Below, in pieces: positions 56,309-64,000 of a stretch of 64,000 nucleotides of DNA; positions within the stretch are counted from its first letter, which is position 1, and each line of letters opens with the position of its first letter. The stretch lies in assembly GCA_035654655.1 (NCBI GenBank), contig DASRWI010000001.1, forward strand, positions 38,747 through 102,746. Reading direction: 5' to 3'. The translations under genes and the position numbers were made by a program. Below the pieces are notes generated by a model. The model was not told the origin of the DNA, ran no database searches, and saw only the letters and a program-made list of their open reading frames with translations. Source of the DNA: Ignavibacteriaceae bacterium. GTDB taxonomy: Bacteria; Bacteroidota; Ignavibacteria; Ignavibacteriales; Ignavibacteriaceae.

Positions 56309-58246
56309 TTAAAATCTTATACTTGCTTCTTCACCCGGAACGCTCTCCTTACCATTTTGATTTACTACTGTAAGGTAATAGAAATATAAATCACCTTTCT
56401 TAACATCGTTATCTATAACTTTATATTCATCTTCATCAACGTTTACAGTTTTAATTTTAATGGGTTCCTTCCCTCTTTGATAACGATAAATATTATATTC
56501 TTTTACATTATTCTGCAAAGATTCATCCCAGATCAGCGTAACAGATTTGGCATCCTTTGTCAATGTAACACTTCCTGGTGCAATCGGAACATCAGTTGTA
56601 ATAATTTTTACAGGAACACTCATTTTGCTTTCTTCACCATTAACGCTTAGCGATGCCACAGCATACTCGTATTCATTTCCATCTATAATTTTTTCCTGAA
56701 AATGATTTTGCCTGATATTTAATAAAGTATCAATGGGAACGAACTTAGCCGCAGCTGATTCTTTCTTATATAATTTATATCCCAGCACCATATTGTCTAT
56801 GCGATACATATCTTCCCAATTTAAGTAAACAAAATCATTCTCTTTTGAAATTGATAAGTTTATTGGTGTCATTAAATTTATTGGAAGTTTTGGTCGTGCA
56901 GTTAATGTATCTGAAAATCCGCTCATCAGGTAACTGGTATTTTCACACGTTAAAGTATAAGTATAATTGTTTCTTCCTGTTAATGCTGAGGAAGTATCTT
57001 CCCAAATAATTAAAGAATCATCATTTTGAATCAAAGGAGAAATTAAAAGTAAATCCTGAGTACCTCCATTGTTTCTGTATACATAGTATCCTTTTAGTAA
57101 TACATCAGGTTTTAACCATTTTAATTTAATGCCTTTTGAGGTTCCTTCTGCTGAGATAAAAATTGGCGGCTGAGGTTTTAAAGTTGTTTTGTATAACGCA
57201 AACACCCTATTACTAAACTGAGAAGCCTCACCAAAATTACCTCTCGCAGCTAATTTGTAATAATACATCTTTAGAGGAATTACATTTTCATCATTGTATT
57301 TATTCATTGTTGGAGAAAGTTCAGTAATCAAAGTATAAGCTGAATCATAATTTTCACTTCTATAAATTTCAATATTCTTTACAAGAGTTGTATCATTTAA
57401 CTTCCAGGCAAGTTCAATAGAATTTAATGTATCATTTCCCTTTGCAGTTACTGAATGAACATAAATAGTATTAAAATCTACAGAAGAAATAAATGCATCC
57501 TCTGACTTCTTTCCTTCATTTTCGAAAAGGTCAAATGGAATTAAATAATATCTGTAAAGTGCATTAGCGGTAATAGCAGTATCAATAACGTTATATAAAA
57601 TTTCATTTTCTTTTTGATAAAAACCTTGTTGCACTTTCAAGGGAACTTCTATGTTTTTTAATATATCCTCTCGATAAACAATAAACCTGCTTGGTTTATT
57701 TTCTTCAATAGATTTCCAGGTTATAATATTTTTAGATGGTTGATAAACTGCATCGACTACCTTTATTTCAGGAGATTTATACTCTTCCGGAAACTTTACT
57801 TCTTTTGTAAGAAATTGTTCAGATGCAGTTATCCTATACTGATAAAGAACATTCTGCTGAGCAGATTGGTCCAGGTAAGCTGCTCCAGTACTTAAAGCAA
57901 TAACAGGAATATTACCGTATAAATAAGAAGAATCTATTGTTCCAGCATTTTTAATAGTAAGCCAGATATTTATTAATTCTGTTTTATCGGGTAAAATAAA
58001 TGAAGAGAACATTGGAGAATATTTATCAACATTAGCTAAAAATTCTTCCATAGTTTTGGGAGATGGATTCAAGAATATAGGTTCCCAACTGTTAGAATTT
58101 ACTAACCTTCGCTCTAATTTATATTCAATATTTACAGATGAACCAAGCTTTACATAAATTCCCTCTTTAGAGGAGACTGCATATCTGCTCTCTTGTGCAA
58201 AAACTATACTTGTTATTAAGAGCAATAATAAAAATGTTTTTTTCAT
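56309..58246 (-). CDS. Secreted protein built from about 6-7 FN3-like repeats
   Basis: Signal peptide MKKTFLLLLLITSIVFAQ. A recurrent FN3 G-strand signature appears about every 90-100 aa: LYQYRITA, LYRYYLIPFD..NEG, MYYYKLAARGNFGEAS, NYTYTLTC, EYEYAVASLSVNGEES, LYFYYLTVVNQNGKES. Confidence 0.65.
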   Translation of the reverse strand: MKKTFLLLLLITSIVFAQESRYAVSSKEGIYVKLGSSVNIEYKLERRLVNSNSWEPIFLNPSPKTMEEFLANVDKYSPMFSSFILPDKTELINIWLTIKNAGTIDSSYLYGNIPVIALSTGAAYLDQSAQQNVLYQYRITASEQFLTKEVKFPEEYKSPEIKVVDAVYQPSKNIITWKSIEENKPSRFIVYREDILKNIEVPLKVQQGFYQKENEILYNVIDTAITANALYRYYLIPFDLFENEGKKSEDAFISSVDFNTIYVHSVTAKGNDTLNSIELAWKLNDTTLVKNIEIYRSENYDSAYTLITELSPTMNKYNDENVIPLKMYYYKLAARGNFGEASQFSNRVFALYKTTLKPQPPIFISAEGTSKGIKLKWLKPDVLLKGYYVYRNNGGTQDLLLISPLIQNDDSLIIWEDTSSALTGRNNYTYTLTCENTSYLMSGFSDTLTARPKLPINLMTPINLSISKENDFVYLNWEDMYRIDNMVLGYKLYKKESAAAKFVPIDTLLNIRQNHFQEKIIDGNEYEYAVASLSVNGEESKMSVPVKIITTDVPIAPGSVTLTKDAKSVTLIWDESLQNNVKEYNIYRYQRGKEPIKIKTVNVDEDEYKVIDNDVKKGDLYFYYLTVVNQNGKESVPGEEASIRF

Positions 58247-58289
58247 CTTCCCTCCATGTAGGAAATTTCATTAATCAAGATGTTTATTT

Positions 58290-61200
58290 TCATAAGTTAT
58301 TCCCGCTGCAAGTTCCTGTACCAAAGACGACGCTGCTTGGAGTAATATCGCACTTAAAGTTGAAACTTTTATTCAAACTGAATATTGTAGAACCACATCC
58401 AAGAACCAATGGCACTTTCTGTGTAAGGTAAGCTGCTATTGATAAACTTCCGCAGCCGCTTAAGTTTATACTTCCATTTTTATAAATTCCATTTGCACCA
58501 ACTTCAACAGTTGCATTTGCACCAAATGATGTACAAGTAATTGAACTCATTGATAGATGTGCATTTATAAATCCTATCATTCCTATTCCATATTCATTTC
58601 CTGTAGATGAAAAATTCATCCATACTCTTGCATCAAAACCTGCAAGTACTCCAAATGAAGCTTTTGCAATAATTACATCAACATCCAGGTTAGGAACTAT
58701 AACCGGAACCTGTACTGAGCCAGAGAATAAGATTCCACTGATATTATTTTGGAAAGACTTTGGTAAACCTTTGCTGTAAGAATTATTTGCAAATTTATTT
58801 TTTACTTCCTGAGTCATTGATGGATAATCACCAAACAATAAAGCAGCAGTCATAGGTCCAAGTCCCGGTACTTTAACTTTACCTCCTGCAATAAAATACC
58901 AACCAGCATTATCAACAAGACATTCAGCACCCACATCAGTAAGTTCCATTCCATTCATATTCTGCGTAGAAATGCTAAATGAACCTCTTAGCCTGCTATT
59001 AGCAAAATCAAAACTCCAGGACATAGCACCAAAGGAAAATGGAATATCTTTTACAGATAATGTTTGGTTCTCTGCAACCACATCTCCATAAACTTTAAAT
59101 GTCATTGTATTTTGTGCAGATATACCTTTAGTCCCAAGCAGTTCTCCGGTGAAAGTAAAGTTTGTCCAATCATTTCCAACAACATTCATTCCTCCTCTTA
59201 AACTATCCAAATAAGTTTTTGATGAACCAATCGGCATTCTTTGCCAATATGTTTTATCTAACGAGAATTTGGAATTTGGAGTTTCAGCAAAAATTACTGT
59301 TGAATCCGGAGTATGGAAGAACCAGGATTTTATAGATTTATTACCATCAAAAACTCCGGGCTCATATACTGTCCCATAAGAACGGAAACCGGTTGCATCG
59401 AGTATTGTATTTTTTGCCTGCATCTCATTTTTACAGAACATTGCCATAACACCTTTATTCTGTAATGAGAAAGATTGAGGGTCAACCATAAATAATGGTT
59501 TATTGTCTGCTCCCTTCATATATCTTATCGCCCAGTTTGATAGGTTCAACTTAGGCACTTCAGGTGTTAATGATAATCCACTAATGGTTATATAATTATC
59601 ATACGAGAAAAATGTTGTCGGCCGAAGTATACCGGTACTATAAATTTTTATAGACTGTTGGCCAGACCATACAGAAAATTTAGATGCTTCATTACTATAT
59701 AATGATATTGCCTCTATATAAATATTTGCACCTGTCTGTAGTGCAGGCAAGTTATTCATATAAGCGCAATAATCATTTGTATCTTTTGAAACATATAGCG
59801 ACCACTGGCTCTTATAATCATCATAATTAAGAACAGGACTTCCTATTACATATAATGGAATCACTCCACCAATAGTAAGTTGTGTAAGGTCGAATTCCTG
59901 ATATCCAAATTGGTCAGGTTTAACAATTAATTTCTTGATTGGAATATTAATAGTTTTAGTTTTTAATTCACCTTCAGTAATAGTTAAATCTGAATTATCA
60001 ATAAACCATTTCTTTCCGGATAAAGTCCAATTACCCATTCCAAAATCAATGACTTTAGTTGAGTTAATTGGTTCAATACTATTTTTGTGAAGAACTACAT
60101 TACCGATATCAAGTTTGATATTTTTTGGATTTAATTTTGCATTATATAAATTAAGTCTTGTATTAAGTTTTACAGTATCAAATAACATAATTGATAATGA
60201 TGAATCAGCCCATGCATCATATCCGCTTAATTTAAATTTCAGTGAACTTCCGTTTATGCCTGCAATTCTTAATCCAGATGGAGCATTTATAGGATTACTT
60301 CCATCATATGTAAACACTCCAATAACCTTATCTTTTATACCTGAATTAAATGGAGCATAGACATTCATCCCGGTTAGATTTGTAATTGAACCATAAGTGT
60401 TGAATGCAGTTGGTTTAATTACAACCTCTCCTTTAATGATGCCTTCACCTGATGCCTTTGCCAGATGAACACCGATTTTTTTATCAGATACATTTGCTTC
60501 AAAAGTATTATAAACAGCAATGCTTAAATTATTAATATTTGTAAATACAATTGATTTGACTGCCTCAGCGATTGGTATACCTCTGCTGTTAGTTTTTACA
60601 GATGGTTTAATTTGAACAGTATCAAATGAAACAATTGTATTTTTATCGCTTAAAGTAAATTGCTGATTATCTTTAATATTAATAAAGTTTCCTGATATAA
60701 GTACATTTCCATTTTGCTCGTTTAGTTTAGTTACTTCAACAGGAAATCCCATCAGATTTGTAATATCCATACCTTCATAAACACTAAGATTGAAATCTAA
60801 AGTTGCGCCACTTGTACCTAGTAAAATTGATTTTTCATCACCAACGAATGTTGTATCCTTAGCATTTTTAGTTGCATTAATTGTAACAGTAACATTCTGA
60901 GGTAATCCTTCAAGAACATAATTACCATTTATATCAGTGTTCGTATGAACAGAGTTCAATCCGCTATTGAAAAATACGTGTGCATTCTGGACAGGTTTAT
61001 TATCCTTACCAACAAATACTCTTCCTGTTACAGAACTTCCCTTTTCCATTCTTATTATGTATGGAACATATTCTTTTGAAACTGAATTATGAATTACTGA
61101 TATATATTTTCTATAACCTTCAGAACTTGTTACTTCAATTGGAAAGTCCTCACCATCATTTGTGAATTCAAAATTAATCCATCCATTTGTTGTACTTTTC

Positions 61201-63989
61201 TGAAGCCATTCATTCTGAACTTTTATTTTAACGTTAGCGAACTTTATATTTATCGGGGGATCCGAACTTCTTCGTCTGGATACTTTCTCTGTAAAGGATA
61301 AATAAATTTTATGAGTTTTCTTTTGTAACTTAAAAGTTCCAAGGTCCTGATTAGCCGAAGTTATATTAACCATAATAGTATCAGTAAAATACATTCCTGT
61401 ATTCTTAGGTCTGATAATCATCTTTTGGTTTAACTCTTTAACAGCTTGTGTGGAAAACTTATATGCTAATGGAATTCCATTAGGCAGCTTACCTGAATAT
61501 TGTGCTTCCACTTCAAGACCATCCCCAATAGTAACGTAAGCTCCTATTCCACGTCCATCCTGATTAGCAACTTTACCTGTTACAAAAGATTCAGGAGTAA
61601 GAATTAAATTCTTAAAATATTTTTGTCCGGGTCTGAGTATGCCAACATCTTCTGATAAAGCCTGGTATCCGTTTTTTGTTATATATAAAGTTCTTGTAGG
61701 ACCATTAGTTAATCCTGTTGCATCTTTTACAACATCCAAATTATCCCATCTTGGAAAATATCCATTTAGATTAGTCTGTCTGGTATCCATATACCAGTTA
61801 AACATACCTGATGGATATGAAGTTATCATCATAACATCAACACTGGAAAGAAAATGTCCATTGTCGCTTCTCTGTACTCTTCCCCAAACACTTGGTGCTT
61901 GAGGCATTGCTGTGAACTCTTTATTATAAGATCGGAACAAATATTCATCAGCGAATTCAGCAATATCATCTTTTAAAGAGAATCCAAAGAAAATGTTTCC
62001 ACTGGTTTTATAATTAGCATCCCCTGATTCTGAATTGCTTTCTGCATACAAGTAATATGCATCAAGAAAACCAGTATTTTTTACTAAGCTTTTAATTAGA
62101 ACCTGTCCTCTATCATTAACACCACCACCTGTAACACCCTCTCCAACTATTTCCATTCCATTAAACATTCTTACATTATTTGGGTCAGCAATACCTTCAT
62201 TATTAGGACATGCATCAGCTCTATTTTTTCTGAGAACATAAACCTTCATATCACTAACCGGCAACGGTGTATATTGGTCATCCATTTCAGGAGGCTTCAT
62301 AGTGACGTTTAGATAATAGGTCCTTGCTTTGGTAATACAATTATAATTTTTAATTTCACCTGGAGCCACTTCTATGTTTTCTGATGGACTTGTGTAGTAA
62401 GTCAAATGAGGAGCCAAAACTATAATTCTTGCAACCATATAAAGATCACCTGTATAATAATTAGCATGTTCAATTGAAGTTTCCCCAATCTTTATATCTG
62501 ATGCAACTTTTCTTCCAATAGTATCATAATTAACAAAGTTGAAATAAAATTCTCCGTTTTCTCCTGTTGTTGCAGTTCCTAACAGTTTTTTATTTTTTAA
62601 CCTGAATTCATAAGGAACTCTGCCATCAGGAACTACAAATGTTTTATTATTACTTTCAGTATGTCCAACTCCTGTAAGTGTTTTTGCTTTAAGAACAAAT
62701 CTTATTTCAAGTTTTATATTAGCATTCTTAAGTGGAGTCGGAATAAATCCATTTTCATTCTGAGACATAGTATTAAAATTGTATTTTAAAAATCCCTTAA
62801 CTGTTGAAAGATGGGATTGATAATATTCAGTAGCTGACATTACATATGTAAATCTGCTTATCTCTCCCTGTTTAACAATTTCATTATTTTTATTTATTAA
62901 ATCAGTCCTGACAGCATATTGCTTACCATCTACAAAATGCATTACTGTGTCTGATGTAATTGTAGAAACATTGGGATCAAATATTTTTGAAAAAAATGGA
63001 GGATTATAAAATGCGTTTACTAATGTTTGTCCCTCTTTTACCTCTACAATAATTAATTTCTGTCTGTAAGTAGTAGTGTTAGTAGTCCACCTTAAAACAG
63101 GCTTTTGAATACTTACATTTTGGTGATTAGCCGGAGAAATAATTTTTAATGCAAGTGGATTTTGATTTTGCATATCATCAATTGTAAAAGTAAAAATTTC
63201 ACTTTTACCTTTATTGGATGTCGGGGGCAATCCATATTGGTCAACAACGCTTATTTGCCAGGCGTATTTTTTATCTTTCTCAAGAGGCAAACCTGCAAGA
63301 GGATATTGAAAACTTGTAACATCTCCATTAATATTTTCATTAACATAATGAGGATAGTTGGATATTATAGCATCGTAATGATTTTGTCCGGGAAGTATTT
63401 CAACAATTTTTAATGTTTGTTTTATTTTGTAATCAATCGGTACCATTACAGGTGTCCACTGAAATAAAGGATATTTTGAATACACACTTGTAAAATTCCA
63501 GGGAGTAACTAAACGTGGAGGCTGTGGATAAATAATAGTAAAGTATCCGCATTTAGTATCGAGCAATGTACCATTTACATTTCTCATCTGTATACAGACA
63601 GTATATTTACCTTCAGGTAGTCTGCCTGATTGAACGACCTGTTCTCTTAATTGGTCTTGAGGAAATTGTACATCGTTAATTTTTAATATCTGATTACCAA
63701 CTAATATGGTTGTCTGCATAGGAGGAAGTATAATATCAGATGAATTACTTATTAAAATATCTCCCTTACCGGTAAGAGCAACCATCAATTTAAATTTAAC
63801 GGTAAGAGAATTAGTAGAATTGTTAACAATGTTAACAGCCCCAAGATTAGCAGAGTTCGTATACCAATCATTTATGTAAGGTGAAGGATATGGATTTGGA
63901 TTAAAAAAAATTGATGTTTGGCTGTATCCCCTGAATACGATACAAATTATGAAAATTAGAAGTAAAGCTTTTCTCATAAGAATCCTCAT
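58290..63989 (-). CDS. Giant secreted protein (1899 aa) of unknown function with carboxypeptidase-regulatory-like domains
   Basis: Signal peptide (MRILM)RKALLLIFIICIVFRGYSQ. There are three N-terminal ~115-125-aa modules. Several segments resemble the carboxypeptidase-regulatory fold (GRVFVGKDNKPVQNAHVFF...TDINGNYVLEGLP; TGKVANQDGRGIGAYVTIGDG). The C-terminal ~250 aa are rich in Gly/Ser/Cys. There is no T9SS sorting domain. Confidence 0.7.
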   Translation of the reverse strand: MRILMRKALLLIFIICIVFRGYSQTSIFFNPNPYPSPYINDWYTNSANLGAVNIVNNSTNSLTVKFKLMVALTGKGDILISNSSDIILPPMQTTILVGNQILKINDVQFPQDQLREQVVQSGRLPEGKYTVCIQMRNVNGTLLDTKCGYFTIIYPQPPRLVTPWNFTSVYSKYPLFQWTPVMVPIDYKIKQTLKIVEILPGQNHYDAIISNYPHYVNENINGDVTSFQYPLAGLPLEKDKKYAWQISVVDQYGLPPTSNKGKSEIFTFTIDDMQNQNPLALKIISPANHQNVSIQKPVLRWTTNTTTYRQKLIIVEVKEGQTLVNAFYNPPFFSKIFDPNVSTITSDTVMHFVDGKQYAVRTDLINKNNEIVKQGEISRFTYVMSATEYYQSHLSTVKGFLKYNFNTMSQNENGFIPTPLKNANIKLEIRFVLKAKTLTGVGHTESNNKTFVVPDGRVPYEFRLKNKKLLGTATTGENGEFYFNFVNYDTIGRKVASDIKIGETSIEHANYYTGDLYMVARIIVLAPHLTYYTSPSENIEVAPGEIKNYNCITKARTYYLNVTMKPPEMDDQYTPLPVSDMKVYVLRKNRADACPNNEGIADPNNVRMFNGMEIVGEGVTGGGVNDRGQVLIKSLVKNTGFLDAYYLYAESNSESGDANYKTSGNIFFGFSLKDDIAEFADEYLFRSYNKEFTAMPQAPSVWGRVQRSDNGHFLSSVDVMMITSYPSGMFNWYMDTRQTNLNGYFPRWDNLDVVKDATGLTNGPTRTLYITKNGYQALSEDVGILRPGQKYFKNLILTPESFVTGKVANQDGRGIGAYVTIGDGLEVEAQYSGKLPNGIPLAYKFSTQAVKELNQKMIIRPKNTGMYFTDTIMVNITSANQDLGTFKLQKKTHKIYLSFTEKVSRRRSSDPPINIKFANVKIKVQNEWLQKSTTNGWINFEFTNDGEDFPIEVTSSEGYRKYISVIHNSVSKEYVPYIIRMEKGSSVTGRVFVGKDNKPVQNAHVFFNSGLNSVHTNTDINGNYVLEGLPQNVTVTINATKNAKDTTFVGDEKSILLGTSGATLDFNLSVYEGMDITNLMGFPVEVTKLNEQNGNVLISGNFINIKDNQQFTLSDKNTIVSFDTVQIKPSVKTNSRGIPIAEAVKSIVFTNINNLSIAVYNTFEANVSDKKIGVHLAKASGEGIIKGEVVIKPTAFNTYGSITNLTGMNVYAPFNSGIKDKVIGVFTYDGSNPINAPSGLRIAGINGSSLKFKLSGYDAWADSSLSIMLFDTVKLNTRLNLYNAKLNPKNIKLDIGNVVLHKNSIEPINSTKVIDFGMGNWTLSGKKWFIDNSDLTITEGELKTKTINIPIKKLIVKPDQFGYQEFDLTQLTIGGVIPLYVIGSPVLNYDDYKSQWSLYVSKDTNDYCAYMNNLPALQTGANIYIEAISLYSNEASKFSVWSGQQSIKIYSTGILRPTTFFSYDNYITISGLSLTPEVPKLNLSNWAIRYMKGADNKPLFMVDPQSFSLQNKGVMAMFCKNEMQAKNTILDATGFRSYGTVYEPGVFDGNKSIKSWFFHTPDSTVIFAETPNSKFSLDKTYWQRMPIGSSKTYLDSLRGGMNVVGNDWTNFTFTGELLGTKGISAQNTMTFKVYGDVVAENQTLSVKDIPFSFGAMSWSFDFANSRLRGSFSISTQNMNGMELTDVGAECLVDNAGWYFIAGGKVKVPGLGPMTAALLFGDYPSMTQEVKNKFANNSYSKGLPKSFQNNISGILFSGSVQVPVIVPNLDVDVIIAKASFGVLAGFDARVWMNFSSTGNEYGIGMIGFINAHLSMSSITCTSFGANATVEVGANGIYKNGSINLSGCGSLSIAAYLTQKVPLVLGCGSTIFSLNKSFNFKCDITPSSVVFGTGTCSGNNL

Positions 63990-64000
63990 TTAAAGAAATG

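Overview
AT-rich bacterial chromosomal window that is densely coded, with most genes on the minus strand. Five secreted proteins end in the NYPNPFNPS-type C-terminal sorting domain of the type IX secretion system (T9SS), and intergenic regions are very AT-rich. Together these suggest a member of the Fibrobacterota-Chlorobiota-Bacteroidota group, possibly Ignavibacteria or Bacteroidota-like; this is inference only.

Most of the window is housekeeping: dnaE, dut, trxA, nadC, accA, tkt, recG, dgt, gpsA, plsY, surE, folB/folK, lepA/lepB and an etfBA plus acyl-CoA dehydrogenase operon. Three kinds of genes sit among them:
- A loose envelope-polysaccharide set: a flippase, a family 2 glycosyltransferase (GT2) fused to a polyprenyl-phosphate glycosylphosphotransferase (PGT)-like region, a polyprenol-phosphate-mannose-synthase-like GT2, and an intact PGT.
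- Five T9SS cargo proteins: three Asp-box propellers, one S8 protease and one internally duplicated protein.
- At the 3' end, a tight three-gene minus-strand operon with no recognisable function: a 1899-aa secreted giant, a 645-aa protein of fibronectin type III (FN3) repeats, and a 642-aa predicted outer-membrane barrel.

That operon is my best candidate for something undescribed, but I cannot assign it a mechanism from sequence alone.

Other points worth a second look:
- A 243-nt, roughly 97% identical copy of a T9SS sorting domain shared by two otherwise different neighbouring genes.
- A GT2 fused to a PGT-like region that lacks the catalytic core.
- A folK whose conserved N-terminus has no canonical start codon.
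- Two families of short dispersed palindromic intergenic elements.
- A roughly 125-nt imperfect hairpin in a divergent promoter region.

I saw no rRNA, tRNA, CRISPR array, transposase, integrase, prophage genes or recognisable defence genes.
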